Assembly: GCA_024228115.1 (NCBI GenBank)
Contig: JAAETT010000546.1
Span: 4,109-68,108, forward strand
DNA: 64,000 bases
Reading direction: 5' to 3'
Source: a bacterium
Lineage (GTDB): Bacteria; Myxococcota_A; UBA9160; UBA6930
Both the position numbers and the translations under genes were made by a program. Of the stretch, positions 29,637-42,459 are shown piece after piece (the first letter of the stretch is position 1; every line of letters begins with the position of its first letter). The notes beneath the pieces were generated by a model. It was not told the origin of the DNA, searched no databases, and saw nothing but the letters and a program-made list of their open reading frames with translations.

Positions 29637-30802
29637 CAGTTCGGCAGGACCTCCCGGAACACCCGAAGCGCATTCGCACTGAGGGTGCGCCGGATCTCGT
29701 CGTCGGTGAAGCCCTCGGCGAGGAGCGCATCGATGACGAGCGGGAGCCCTGTGGTGTCGAAATCCGTCGCCACGGCTCCGTCGAAATCCGAGCCCAGGGC
29801 CACGTGATCGGCGCCGGCGAGCTTGCGGACGTGAGCCATGGCGCGAGCGATGTGCTCAGGCGAGGTGCCACAGACGGCGCCTGCGAAGTAGCCGATGCCA
29901 ATCACTCCACCCTTCTCGGCGATGGCTCGAACGTGGTCATCCGAGAGGTTTCGGGGGCCTGGGCAGGTCGCCTGGACGCCGGTGTGGGAGGCCACCATGG
30001 GCGCATCGACGATTTCCAGCATGCCGTCGATCGTGGCGGGCGAGGCGTGGGCCACATCGATCACGATGCCCAGCTCCTGAGCCCGGCGGAGCGCGGCACG
30101 GCCGAGGTCGGTCAGCCCGTATTTCTCGACGCCGGCAGAGGAGCCGGCAATGCGGTTATCAAAGAAGTGCGTGGGCGCCATCATGCGCACCCCCGCCGCG
30201 AAGAGCGCGTCCACCGCCTCCAGCTCGCCATCGAGGGCGTGCATGCCTTCGAGCCCCAGGAGCCCGCCGACCACGCTCTCGCCGCGGGCCCGGGCCTGGA
30301 TCACCTCTTCAAGATCTCCCCGAGTGCGGAGCATGCGAAGCCGGCCCTCGGAATGCTCCGCCAGGGCCGCGAGCTCTTCCGCCTGGTGCTCGGCGCGGGC
30401 GCGACGACTCGTCCAGGTCGACGTCGGCCAGCGTTGCAGAACCGCCAACAAGGTGATCATGTCCGGATCGTCCGCCGGAGTTCGCTCGAAGTTCATCCCC
30501 ATGGGCGTCTGCGTGACGATCCCGAACACCTGGACTGCGACCTTGCCTTCGACGAGGCGCGGCAGATCGACCTGCCCGTGGCGATGCCGCTCGCCGAGAT
30601 CGCGATCCCAAAGCAGCGGATCGGCGTGCAGGTCGATCGCGCCAAATGCACCGAGCAGGGCCTGGGCGTGGGCGCTGCCCTCGAAAGGCGCTTCCATTTC
30701 GACCCGGTTGATGAACTGGTCGAGCCATCCCGGCAACCATGCGAACGCCGCCAGCAGCCCCAGGAGGATCAGTGTGAATGCGCTCGCCAGGAACTTCCGC
30801 AC
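29636..30802 (-). CDS. Membrane dipeptidase (peptidase family M19)
   Basis: N-terminal anchor; DLHAD, GLEG, HF, DVAH, ASH and GSDFDG metal/catalytic motifs. GTG start at 30802 predicted. Confidence 0.88.
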   Translation of the reverse strand: MRKFLASAFTLILLGLLAAFAWLPGWLDQFINRVEMEAPFEGSAHAQALLGAFGAIDLHADPLLWDRDLGERHRHGQVDLPRLVEGKVAVQVFGIVTQTPMGMNFERTPADDPDMITLLAVLQRWPTSTWTSRRARAEHQAEELAALAEHSEGRLRMLRTRGDLEEVIQARARGESVVGGLLGLEGMHALDGELEAVDALFAAGVRMMAPTHFFDNRIAGSSAGVEKYGLTDLGRAALRRAQELGIVIDVAHASPATIDGMLEIVDAPMVASHTGVQATCPGPRNLSDDHVRAIAEKGGVIGIGYFAGAVCGTSPEHIARAMAHVRKLAGADHVALGSDFDGAVATDFDTTGLPLVIDALLAEGFTDDEIRRTLSANALRVFREVLPN

Positions 30803-30810
30803 CTGCTGAC

Positions 30811-32232
30811 CTAGAGCACCAACCGGTCGACGACCCGAGAGAGCTGCTTCAAGTTGCGGCATTCCTCTGCGACATCCGTGTAGGGCAGGTATTTGTCCAT
30901 CACGCTATCGCCGAAACCCCAGGCCGAGGGGCTCTCGGGGTTGAGCCAGACCACGTCCTTGGCCTTGTTGTGCATCTCGCGCAGGCACCAGGCCCGTGGG
31001 TCGTTGTAGTTGTTCCGAGCGTCACCGAGGATGAGAACGGTGGTCTTGTTGTCGATCGACGACAGGAAGTTCTGCCAGAAGTGATGGAAGGCGAAGCCGA
31101 AGTTGGAGCGCGTGTAGACATTGATCACGTCACCCCCATCGAGCGCCTTCTCGATGGCATCGTTGATGTCCTTGTCCTTGAAGATCGGGGTCACCTCACC
31201 CAGTTCCGAGACGAATACGAACGCCCGGATCTTCGTGAAGCACTCCTGCAGGCTGTAGACGAACTGCAGCATGAACCGCGAGACGTTCGCCACCGAACTC
31301 GACACATCGCAGAGGATCACGAGCTTCGGTCGCTCCTTCCTGCGCTGCTTGAAGATCAGGTCGAAGGGCACGCCGCCGTGGGCCATGTTGCGGCGCAACA
31401 TCGTATGCAGGTCGAGCTTGCCCTTCTTGAGCCGGCGCTTGCGAATCGAGAGGACATTCTTGATGCGTTGGGCCAGGCGGACGACCACCTCGCGCATCTT
31501 CTTGATTTCGTCCTCGGTGAGGTTGTAGAAGCTCTTCTCGAGCAGGCTCTCGCGGCGGAACTTCTCCATGTAATCGAAGTTCTGCTGTTGCAGCTGACGC
31601 TCGGTGTAGTTCCGAACGCTCTTGCGAAGCGCCTCCAGGAACTTGTCGATCAGCTCGAGGAGGGCGTCCGCTTCCGCGTCGCCCATGCCCGCTTCGCGAA
31701 GCTGCTGGGCCAGGCTCCGAAGCTGATCCCCGGCGCCTTCTGCATCCATCTGCTCCATGGTGCGCCGGGTGAAGAAGCCCAGCTGGAGCATGTTCTCGAT
31801 CCGCTCGACGCCGGCGTTCTCGGCCGCGTCCCGAATCAACTGCTCGAGCTTGTCCAGATCCTGAGTCAACAGCGCCTTTGCGAGCTCGGAGAGATCCAGT
31901 TCCTGGTCTCCCCCCATGTTCTGCATGCCCTCCTGGAGAGCCTGCATCATCTGGTCGAGATCGAAATCGCCTTCCATGTCGCCGGAGGCCTTGTCGAACG
32001 AATCCCGCAGCCCGTCATAGAAGGCCGACCAGTAGAGGTCGAACATCTGATCGAAGGTGGCGATGTCCTCGGAGCGCTTCACCATCGTGGTGCGCAGGGC
32101 GTCCTTGAAGACCTCCCGATCCGCGAGCGAGAGCTCGTCGAGGGCGGTGAAGGCATCGATCGATTCCGCAACCGAGACGCGGATCCCACTCTTGCGCAGC
32201 AGGTTCGTGAAATCGACGATCTTCTGCTGCAT
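30811..32232 (-). CDS. VWA domain protein, CoxE-like
   Basis: N-terminus FTNLLRKSGIRVSVAE; MIDAS LCDVSSSV; ILGDARNN; WLNPE. Confidence 0.88.
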   Translation of the reverse strand: MQQKIVDFTNLLRKSGIRVSVAESIDAFTALDELSLADREVFKDALRTTMVKRSEDIATFDQMFDLYWSAFYDGLRDSFDKASGDMEGDFDLDQMMQALQEGMQNMGGDQELDLSELAKALLTQDLDKLEQLIRDAAENAGVERIENMLQLGFFTRRTMEQMDAEGAGDQLRSLAQQLREAGMGDAEADALLELIDKFLEALRKSVRNYTERQLQQQNFDYMEKFRRESLLEKSFYNLTEDEIKKMREVVVRLAQRIKNVLSIRKRRLKKGKLDLHTMLRRNMAHGGVPFDLIFKQRRKERPKLVILCDVSSSVANVSRFMLQFVYSLQECFTKIRAFVFVSELGEVTPIFKDKDINDAIEKALDGGDVINVYTRSNFGFAFHHFWQNFLSSIDNKTTVLILGDARNNYNDPRAWCLREMHNKAKDVVWLNPESPSAWGFGDSVMDKYLPYTDVAEECRNLKQLSRVVDRLVL

Positions 32233-33228
32233 CTAGTGGAGCACGCCCTTCTTGGCCGGCTTCGCCTCCTCGGGAGCCTTGGCCTCGCCGCTCGCTTTGG
32301 CCGAGTCGCCCTCTTCCACCTTGCGGGTGATCAGCCGGCCAAGCTCTGCCTGGGTCTTCTTGATGTCGCCCTCGTACTTCAGGATGACGTTCAAGGTGTC
32401 TCGCACGACATCTTCGTCGAGTTCACTGGCGTTCAGGGCCAGCAGTGCCCTGGCCCAATCGAGGGTCTCGCTGATGGACGGCGTCTTCTTGAGATCCAGC
32501 TTGCGCAGGCGCTGCATCACGCCGACCAGCTCCTCGGCCAGGCGCTGCTCGACGCCCTCGATCTTCTTGTTGAGGATCCGCACTTCGAGCTCTTCGCCCG
32601 GGAAATCGATGTAGAGGTGCAGACAGCGGCGCTTCAGGGCGTCGCTCATCTCTCGGGCATCGTTGGAGGTGAGGAAGACGATGGGCTTGTGAACGGCGTC
32701 GAGGGTTCCCACTTCCGGCACGGTCACCTGAAAATCCGAGAGGATTTCGAGCAGGAAGGCCTCGAACTCCGGATCGCTCTTGTCGACCTCATCGATCAGC
32801 AGAAGCGTCGGCTGCTCGGCGCGGATCGCTCGCAGCAGCGGCCGCGGAACGATGAACCGCTCCGAGAAGAACACGCTGTCCTCCCGGCCGACCCGCTCAG
32901 CGGCATCCTTCACCGTGGTGGCCCCAGCCATGGCCTCGGCGAACTTCTCTTTCAGGATCTGCGTGTAGAGGAGCTGCTTCGAGTATTCCCACTCGTAGAG
33001 CGCCTTGGCCTCATCGAGGCCCTCGTAGCACTGAAGCCGGATCATCGGGCGCCCGGTGGCAGCCGATACGACCTTCGCAAGTTCTGTCTTGCCAACACCC
33101 GCGGGCCCTTCGACCAGTACGGGTTTGTCCAGCTTCGTCGCCAGGAAGACCACGGTCGCGATGTTCTTGTCGCAGATGTAGTCCTGGGCGTCGAGCTGCT
33201 CGATCACATCCTCGGGGGATTCGAACAT
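32233..33228 (-). CDS. MoxR-family AAA+ ATPase, CoxD-like
   Basis: VEGPAGVGKT, RLQCYEGLD, LLIDEVDK, TSN, DALKRRC. Confidence 0.9.
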   Translation of the reverse strand: MFESPEDVIEQLDAQDYICDKNIATVVFLATKLDKPVLVEGPAGVGKTELAKVVSAATGRPMIRLQCYEGLDEAKALYEWEYSKQLLYTQILKEKFAEAMAGATTVKDAAERVGREDSVFFSERFIVPRPLLRAIRAEQPTLLLIDEVDKSDPEFEAFLLEILSDFQVTVPEVGTLDAVHKPIVFLTSNDAREMSDALKRRCLHLYIDFPGEELEVRILNKKIEGVEQRLAEELVGVMQRLRKLDLKKTPSISETLDWARALLALNASELDEDVVRDTLNVILKYEGDIKKTQAELGRLITRKVEEGDSAKASGEAKAPEEAKPAKKGVLH

Positions 33229-33238
33229 TCGGTTCCTC

Positions 33239-34558
33239 TCAGCTCATCAGGTGCAAGACGTGCCCGAGCTTTTCCTTCTTCGTACGCAGATACGCGAAGT
33301 TCTTCTCGTTGGGCTCGATCTCGAGGGGCACCCGTTCGACGATCGTGAGCCGGTAACCCTCGATGCCGGCGCGTTTGCCCGGGTTGTTGGTAATGATGCG
33401 CATCCGGCGAACACCCAGGTCGTAGAGAACCTGGGCGCCAACGCCGTAGTCGCGGAGATCGGCCGCGAACCCGAGGCGCTCGTTGGCCTCGACCGTATCG
33501 AGACCTTCCGAATCCTGGAGACCGTAGGCCTTGATCTTGTTCTTCAGACCGATCCCGCGGCCTTCCTGACGCATGTAGAGAACGACGCCCTTGCCTTCGT
33601 TCTCGATCATCTTCATCGCCGCGTCGAGTTGCTCGCCGCAATCGCAGCGCAAGGAGCCGAAGGCATCCCCCGTCAGGCATTCGCTGTGGACCCTGACGAG
33701 GACCTCGTCCTCCTCGTGGATCTCGCCCTTCACCAACGCGATGTGGTCGACGTGATCGATGTCGTTCTCGTAGACGATTGCCCGGAAATCGCCGCCGCTG
33801 GCGGTCGGCAGCGTGCACTCCCCGGCAGGCCGAACCAGCTTCTCGTGGCGCAGTCGGTACTCGATCAGGTCGGCCACGGTGACGATCTTCAGCTGATGCG
33901 TGCGCGCAAAGTTCATGAGATCCGGCATGCGCGCCATCGTGCCGTCGTCGTTCATGATCTCGCAGATCACGCCGGCGGGTTTCATCCCGGCCAGGCGAGC
34001 CAGATCGACGGAGCCTTCGGTTTGCCCGGCGCGGCGCAGCACGCCTCCTTCGCGGGCGCGCAGCGGGAAGATGTGGCCCGGGCGCACGATATCCCGGGGC
34101 CGAGCGTCCTCGGCAATCGCCGTCGAGATCGTATGCGCCCGATCGAATGCCGAGATGCCGGTCGTCACGCCTTCACGGGCCTCGATCGAGATCGTGAAGG
34201 CGGTGCCGAAGCCGGAGGAGTTCTCGGCATCCGGCACCATCATCGTCAGGTTGATCCGATCGAGCTGATGCTCGGTCATCGGCAGGCAGATCAGGCCCCG
34301 GCCGTAGGTGGCCATGAAGTTGATGGCCTCGGGTGTGACCGCTTCGGCGGCCATGCACAGATCGCCCTCGTTCTCCCGATCCTCGTCATCCACGAGGATG
34401 ACCATGCGCCCCGCGCGGATCTCATCGATCGCGTCGGTGACGGTGACGACGGGGCTACTCGCATCGGTCAAGGGTGAATCGGGCCCGGGGCCGGCGGTCG
34501 CCGCCGTGTCTTGGGGCCGGCGGTCGCCGCCGGTGGACTGCGGACGGGGGTCTCTCAT
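33239..34558 (-). CDS. ribBA: Bifunctional DHBP synthase / GTP cyclohydrolase II
   Basis: [32 protein letters not shown]; [23 protein letters not shown]. Start is either ATG 34558 (GGAG RBS) or TTG 34471. Confidence 0.96.
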   Translation of the reverse strand: MRDPRPQSTGGDRRPQDTAATAGPGPDSPLTDASSPVVTVTDAIDEIRAGRMVILVDDEDRENEGDLCMAAEAVTPEAINFMATYGRGLICLPMTEHQLDRINLTMMVPDAENSSGFGTAFTISIEAREGVTTGISAFDRAHTISTAIAEDARPRDIVRPGHIFPLRAREGGVLRRAGQTEGSVDLARLAGMKPAGVICEIMNDDGTMARMPDLMNFARTHQLKIVTVADLIEYRLRHEKLVRPAGECTLPTASGGDFRAIVYENDIDHVDHIALVKGEIHEEDEVLVRVHSECLTGDAFGSLRCDCGEQLDAAMKMIENEGKGVVLYMRQEGRGIGLKNKIKAYGLQDSEGLDTVEANERLGFAADLRDYGVGAQVLYDLGVRRMRIITNNPGKRAGIEGYRLTIVERVPLEIEPNEKNFAYLRTKKEKLGHVLHLMS

Positions 34559-34613
34559 CGGTGTTCTCCGTACGGACTCTAGTGCAGTTCCGTCGGGCGC
34601 TGGGTTGCAGGCC

Positions 34614-34642
34614 ACGCTACCAGCAGTTGACACCGGTGTCAA
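34614..34642 (-). promoter_or_regulatory. sigma70 promoter of ribBA overlapped by a perfect 16-bp palindrome
   Basis: Minus strand TTGACA-17 nt-TAGCGT; TTGACACCGGTGTCAA at 34627-34642 is self-complementary. Confidence 0.6.
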
Positions 34643-34712
34643 TTTTCGAGCTACCGCAAGTCCTCGAACCCAAAGGAGTTTCGGGTAGAGTGCGCGGGCC
34701 TGCCCGGGCCGC

Positions 34713-35363
34713 TCAGCTGGTCAGATTCTTCAGTACGCCCTTGAGGAAGTCGTCCTCGGATACGGCGAACTTCTCCTGGAAGTCGTGGCGGGCGTCGAGG
34801 AAGCGGTAGACCTTTCGCAGCAGCTCGCGGAAGGTTTCGATGACACCCTCGCCTCGCATGGCTACAGCCGGATAGGTCGGGATGTCGCCCCAGGCTTTGC
34901 GAACTTCTTCGAGGGGTTTCACGTCGGGCAGGTCGCGCTTGTTGAACTGCACGACCTTCGGAATGGCGTCGAAATCGATGCCATTCGATTTGAGGTTCGC
35001 TTCCATGTCGCGCCAGCTGTAGGCGTTGGCACTGGCGGAGGAACGCTGGGAATCGGCGACGAAGACCACGCCGTCGGCCCCTGCGAGGACGACCTTGCGG
35101 GTCGATTTGTGCATCACCTGACCCGGTACCGTGAAGAGCTTCAGCTTCATCATGAAGCCCGCCTGGGTGCCGAACGAGACCGGCAGGAAATCGAAGTAGA
35201 GCGTGCGGTCATCGGCGGTATCGAGGGTGACCATCTTGCCGCGGGTGCTCGGATCGAGAAGCTCGTGGAGCTTCTGCAGGTTCGTGGTCTTCCCCGAAAG
35301 CGCCGGCCCGTAGTACACGAGCTTCAGCACGATCTCTCGGCCGGCCATGTTGATCTGCACCAT
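34713..35363 (-). CDS. mglA: MglA-family small GTPase (orphan, no mglB adjacent)
   Basis: LKLVYYGPALSGKTTNL, DRTLYFDF, FTVPGQV, GADGVVFVADSQ, FNKRDL. Confidence 0.85.
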   Translation of the reverse strand: MVQINMAGREIVLKLVYYGPALSGKTTNLQKLHELLDPSTRGKMVTLDTADDRTLYFDFLPVSFGTQAGFMMKLKLFTVPGQVMHKSTRKVVLAGADGVVFVADSQRSSASANAYSWRDMEANLKSNGIDFDAIPKVVQFNKRDLPDVKPLEEVRKAWGDIPTYPAVAMRGEGVIETFRELLRKVYRFLDARHDFQEKFAVSEDDFLKGVLKNLTS

Positions 35364-35487
35364 CTGTCACACCCCATCGGGCAGAAGCCCGTGACTCTCG
35401 TTTCATCGGCAGGTAGGACCCGCAAATGAAGGGCTCGAAAGGGAGAGCCGGTTTCGGCGCCGGCCTGCAGACAGGGGCCGAGGGGCC

Positions 35488-36461
35488 TCAGGAGCGCCGA
35501 AAGGCCTCTAGAAGCGCCCGGGCGGCGGCTGCGGGGGTTGCTCGCTGGGCTTCCACGTCGGCCTCCCAGCGGGCGATCTGGTCGGCGACCGCCGGATGGG
35601 CTCGGAAGGCCTGACTGAGGCCCTCGTCCACCAGCCTCCACATCCACTCGCTGGCCTGGGCTCGGCGCCTCACCTCCAGCTCTCCGCTGGCCTGGAGCGC
35701 CTCCCGGTGGGCCTCGACCGTCTCCCAGACCTCGGGCAGGCCGACCCCCTCGAGGGAGCTGACGGAGAGGACGCGGGGCTTCCAACCGCTCGTCGTCGGG
35801 CGGAGGAGCGAGAGCGCGCCCTCGTGCTGGCCCCGGGTGCGCTCGGCGATCGCCTTCTGCTCACCATCCGCCTTGTTCACGACCAATGCGTCGGCCAGCT
35901 CCAGCACGCCCTTCTTGATGCCCTGCAGCTCGTCGCCGGAGCCCGGCTGGAGCATCACCAGGAACGTATCGACGAGCGAGCGCACGGCGAACTCGGATTG
36001 GCCGATCCCCACGGTCTCGACGATCACGACATCGAAACCAGCCGCCTCGCATAGCAACAGGACTTCACGGGTACGATGGGCCACACCTCCGAGGGCACCG
36101 CCGGAAGGCGACGGACGGATGAACGCGCGCTCGTCCTGGGCAAGCTGTTCCATGCGGGTCTTGTCGCCGAGAATGCTCCCGCCTGTGACCGGGCTCGAAG
36201 GGTCCACGGCCAGCACAGCCACGCGATGGCCCAGCGAGAGCAGGTGCAGACCGAAGCTCTCGATGAACGTGCTCTTGCCGACACCGGGCGGGCCGGTGAG
36301 CCCCACCCGAATGGCGCGGCCCGTCTCGGCGACCAACGCCTCCAGGATGCCCTGGGCCAGGGCCTGGTGTTCGGGGCGCGTGCTCTCGATCCAGGTGATG
36401 GCCCGAGCCAGGCTGCGGCGGTCGCCCCCGCGGATGGCGGCGGCGTGCTGCTCGGCCTCGT

Positions 36462-36465
<4 letters not shown>
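35488..36465 (-). CDS. meaB: Methylmalonyl-CoA mutase-associated GTPase
   Basis: [28 protein letters not shown]...[25 protein letters not shown]. Confidence 0.95.
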
Positions 36466-38594
<2,129 letters not shown>

Positions 38595-38667
38595 GTCCGC
38601 TCCTTCCGCCTGTCGAGCTTGGAGCCCCGAGGGGTCTCCGGCCCGAGCGGCCAGACCTTAGCCCCTG

Positions 38668-41600
38668 TCACATGGAGCGCCGATAGCGCCCTCCCACCAG
38701 GAACAGGGCCTCGGAGATCTGGCCCAGGCTGGCAACCTTGACCGTCTCCATCAGTTCCTCGAACAGGTTTCCACCGCTCCGAGCCGTTTCTTGAAGCCGC
38801 GCCAACGCCGGGCCGCATTCGGCCTGGTGTTGCGCATGAAAAGCTGCCAGGCCTCCGATCTGGTCGAGTTTCTCCTGCTCGCTGGCGCGCATCAGGGCCA
38901 TCGGTTCGCCGGCCTCCTCGGATTCCGGGTTGACGAAGGTGTTGACGCCGACGATCGGCAGCTCGCCCGAGTGCTTCAGGGATTCGTAGTGCATGCTTTC
39001 GTCCTGGATCTTGCCGCGCTGGTAGTGCGTCTCCATGGCGCCCAGCACACCCCCGCGCTGGGAGAGGCGCTCGAATTCCTGGAGCACGGCCTCTTCCACG
39101 GCTTCGGTCAGCCACTCGGTGAGGTAGGAGCCTTGCAAGGCGTTCTCGTTCTTGGCGACGCCGAGCTCGCGGTTGATCACCAGCTGGATTGCGAGGGCCC
39201 GGCGAACGGACTCCGGCGTGGGCGTGGTGACGGCCTCATCGTAGGCATTGGTGTGAAGGCTGTTGCAATGGTCCTGGATCGCGGTGAGAGCCTGAAGCGT
39301 GGTGCGAATATCGTTGAACGCCATCTCCTGGGCGTGGAGCGATCGACCGGACGTCTGGATGTGATACTTGAGTTTCTGGCTTCGTTCCGAGACCCCGTAG
39401 AGATCGCGCATCGCGACCGCCCAGATGCGCCGGGCGACCCGTCCGATCACGTTGTACTCGGCATCGAGACCATTGCTGAAGAAGAAGCTGAAGTTCGAGG
39501 CGAACTCATCCACGTCCATCCCGCGCGCGCGGTAGGCCTCGACGTAGGTGAAGCCGTTGGCCAACGTGAAAGCGAGTTGGGTGATCGGGTTCGCTCCGGC
39601 CTCGGCGATGTGGTAGCCGGAGATCGAGACCGAATAGAAGTTCCGGATCTTCTCGGCGATGAAGAACGCCTGGATATCGCCCATCACCTTGAGCGCGAAT
39701 GCGGTGGAGAAGATGCAGGTGTTCTGGGCCTGGTCTTCTTTCAGGATGTCCGCCTGGACCGTGCCTCGGACCCGGGTCAGGACTTCGGAACGAATGCGGG
39801 CATAGGTCTCCGGATCGACGGCATCGGCCCCCGAGATCCCGAGCAGTCCCAGGCCCAGGCCGTCGTGGCCCGGGGGAAGCTCGGCGCGGTAGGTCGGCGG
39901 CTCGTCGCCGCCCAGCCTCGCACGCACCGCTTCGAGTTCGCCCGTCTCGCGCAGATGCTTCTCGACGCCTTGATCGATGGCGGCGTTCAAGAAGAGCGCC
40001 AGGACCATCGGCGCCGGGCCGTTGATCGTCATCGAAACCGACGTCGTCGGATCGCAGAGATCGAAACCCGAGTAGAGGCGCTTGGCGTCGTCGAGCGTGC
40101 AGACGGAAACGCCGCTGGTACCCACCTTGCCGTAGACGTCCAGGCGTTCGGCCGGATCGCGACCGTAGAGCGTGACGCTGTCGAACGCCGTGGAGAGGCG
40201 TGTGGCGGGCTGCCCGGCGGAGACGAGATGGAAACGTCGGTTCGTACGCTCGGGGCCGCCCTCCCCTGCGAACATTCGCGCCGGATCCTCTTCAGCTCGT
40301 TTGAACGGGAACACCCCCGCGGTGAAGGGGAAATGCCCAGGCAGGTTCTCCTGGCGCAGGTAGCGAGCCAGCTCTCCCCAATCCTCGGTACGCGGTACGG
40401 CCACGCGCGGGAGTTGCGTGCCGGAAAGGGTCTCGGCCCGGTTCTCGACGTGGATCGCGCGACCGCGCACCTCGTAGGATTGCTCGGCGGCCTCGTAACG
40501 TGCGCGCGTTTCGGGCCAGGCCTCGAGGGCCGCCCGAAGTGCCGGATCGAGGGCTTCGCTACGGGTCGCTTGTTCCGACGCCACTGCAGCGCGAGCGTCG
40601 GCGGCCTGCTCCGGGAGCGCGTCGTGGGCGAGGTCGAGGGCGCGCGTGGTCCGGGCCACCTGGGCGAGCGCTTCGGTCTGCTCTCGGTAGCCCCGCACGG
40701 AGGCGGCGATCTCTTCCAGGTAGCGCTCCCGGCCCGAAGGGATCAACGGCGGCGGCACCGCAGCACCCGGCGCTTCGTGTTGGCCCCCTGCGGAGAACGC
40801 GGTGTTGCCTTCCTCCACCAGCTTCTCGCGCAACAACGCGTAGATCTTGTCGATCCCCGGGTCGTCCCATTGGCTCGCCGTCGAGGCGACCACGGGAATC
40901 GCCTCGTCCTCCGCTTCGAAGGCCGTGTGATTGCGACGCCATTGTTTGCGCACGTCACGCAGCGCATCGAGTGCGCCGCGTCGATCGGCCTTGTTGAGCA
41001 CGATCAGGTCGGCCAGTTCCAGCATGTCGATCTTCTCGAGCTGGGAAGGTGCGCCGTATTCCGGTGTCATGACGTAGACCGACGTATCCGCCAGGTCGAC
41101 GATTTCCGAGTCGCTCTGGCCAATGCCCGCCGTCTCGACCAGGACGAGGTCGAAATCTGCCGCCTGCAGCACCAGAACCGCATCCCGAATGGCCTGGGAG
41201 AGCGCGAGGTGAGCCTGGCGTGTCGCCATGGAGCGCACGTAGATGCCTTCGCCCGCGATGGCGTTCATGCGGATCCGATCGCCGAGCAGCGCACCTCCTG
41301 TGCGCCGACGCGATGGATCCACCAACAAGAGGCCGATTTGCAGCTCCGGGAAGTCCAACCGGAAGCGCCTCACCAACTCGTCCACGACGCTCGATTTGCC
41401 GGCGCCTCCCGTACCGGTGAAGCCCACCACGGGTGCGGCGGAGCCGGAACGTCGGGTCCCGAGCTCCGTTCGCAACGCCTTCAGCGAAGCACCGTCGGTC
41501 GATGCCTCCAGCCATGAAATCACCCGGGCGACATGGCCGGATCGATCCGCTGAAAGCCCAGCGAGAGCGTCGCCCAGCTGCGGCGCGGGCAGCGCCAGGC

Positions 41601-42039
41601 ACTCGTCGACGATGCAGCGTATCATTCCCTCCAAGCCGAGGGTGCGACCATCTTCGGGGCTGAAGATCCGCGCGACTCCATGGGCGTGAAGCTCGGCGAT
41701 CTCGTCGGGAACGATCGTCCCGCCACCCCCGCCATACACGCGGATGTGTCCAGCACCACGCGCCGTCAGCTCGTCGACCAGGTAGCGGAAGAACTCCACG
41801 TGGCCACCCTGATAGGACGAGATCGCGATGGCGTGGGCATCTTCCTCGACCGCCGCTTCCACGATGTCCGCGACCGATCGGTCGTGCCCTAGATGGATGA
41901 CCTCCGCGCCCTGCGATTGCAGGATGCGGCGCATGATGTTGATCGCCGCATCATGCCCATCGAAGAGCGACGCTGCAGTTACGACGCGCACCCGCTCCGG
42001 ACCGGGGTGGATCGGTGTCACTTCCGCGCTCGCGTTCAT
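38668..42039 (-). CDS. icmF: Fused isobutyryl-CoA mutase/GTPase
   Basis: N-terminal B12 domain FDGHDAAINIMRR; MeaI GTPase GTGGAGKSS and ETAGIGQSD; mutase EDPARMFAGEG (Phe) and QADILKEDQAQNTCIFS; 1123 aa. Confidence 0.96.
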   Translation of the reverse strand: MNASAEVTPIHPGPERVRVVTAASLFDGHDAAINIMRRILQSQGAEVIHLGHDRSVADIVEAAVEEDAHAIAISSYQGGHVEFFRYLVDELTARGAGHIRVYGGGGGTIVPDEIAELHAHGVARIFSPEDGRTLGLEGMIRCIVDECLALPAPQLGDALAGLSADRSGHVARVISWLEASTDGASLKALRTELGTRRSGSAAPVVGFTGTGGAGKSSVVDELVRRFRLDFPELQIGLLLVDPSRRRTGGALLGDRIRMNAIAGEGIYVRSMATRQAHLALSQAIRDAVLVLQAADFDLVLVETAGIGQSDSEIVDLADTSVYVMTPEYGAPSQLEKIDMLELADLIVLNKADRRGALDALRDVRKQWRRNHTAFEAEDEAIPVVASTASQWDDPGIDKIYALLREKLVEEGNTAFSAGGQHEAPGAAVPPPLIPSGRERYLEEIAASVRGYREQTEALAQVARTTRALDLAHDALPEQAADARAAVASEQATRSEALDPALRAALEAWPETRARYEAAEQSYEVRGRAIHVENRAETLSGTQLPRVAVPRTEDWGELARYLRQENLPGHFPFTAGVFPFKRAEEDPARMFAGEGGPERTNRRFHLVSAGQPATRLSTAFDSVTLYGRDPAERLDVYGKVGTSGVSVCTLDDAKRLYSGFDLCDPTTSVSMTINGPAPMVLALFLNAAIDQGVEKHLRETGELEAVRARLGGDEPPTYRAELPPGHDGLGLGLLGISGADAVDPETYARIRSEVLTRVRGTVQADILKEDQAQNTCIFSTAFALKVMGDIQAFFIAEKIRNFYSVSISGYHIAEAGANPITQLAFTLANGFTYVEAYRARGMDVDEFASNFSFFFSNGLDAEYNVIGRVARRIWAVAMRDLYGVSERSQKLKYHIQTSGRSLHAQEMAFNDIRTTLQALTAIQDHCNSLHTNAYDEAVTTPTPESVRRALAIQLVINRELGVAKNENALQGSYLTEWLTEAVEEAVLQEFERLSQRGGVLGAMETHYQRGKIQDESMHYESLKHSGELPIVGVNTFVNPESEEAGEPMALMRASEQEKLDQIGGLAAFHAQHQAECGPALARLQETARSGGNLFEELMETVKVASLGQISEALFLVGGRYRRSM

Positions 42040-42440
42040 TCCGCTCTCTCCTGGGCCAACGCGCCAACGCGGGCTTCGACATGATCCTGGTACTTCTGGA
42101 TGTCGTCTCGCAAGCCACTCAGCTCCTCGATGCGCTGGGCGAGCCCGGCGAGGTGTCGGCCGAGGAGTTCATCGAGGTGCTCCAGCATGGCGCGGGTGGA
42201 ACCGTCGATGGCGTAGACCGCGTTCAGCTCACCGATTTCCGCGAGCGAGAGCCCCAGTGTCTTGAGCCGCTGGATGAAATGGAGACGCTCGATCTCATCC
42301 TCGCCATACACGCGGCGAGCCCCTTCCCGGCGCCGGACACCCGGGAGCAAGCCGAGTTCCTCCCAGTACCGAACCGTGCGGGCTGAGAGGCCGGTCGAGC
42401 GGCACACGGAGCCGATCGAGAATTGGGGTGCTTGGGTCAT
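42036..42440 (-). CDS. MerR-family regulator (LiuR-like)
   Basis: FSIGSVCRSTGLSARTVRYWEELGLL, RRVY, RLKTLGLSLAEI and a coiled-coil C-terminus; stop overlaps the icmF start. Confidence 0.88.
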   Translation of the reverse strand: MTQAPQFSIGSVCRSTGLSARTVRYWEELGLLPGVRRREGARRVYGEDEIERLHFIQRLKTLGLSLAEIGELNAVYAIDGSTRAMLEHLDELLGRHLAGLAQRIEELSGLRDDIQKYQDHVEARVGALAQERAE

Positions 42441-42459
42441 CGAAGATCCATCGGTAGAT

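Noticed and set aside
29455-29682. 75-aa ORF (and 29326..29517) in the miaB-dipeptidase gap
   Set aside because: No RBS, it overlaps the promoter and terminator signals, and it has no protein-like features. An RNA explanation fits better.
34559-34712. FMN riboswitch upstream of ribBA
   Set aside because: No RFN consensus, and the leader after the predicted promoter is too short.
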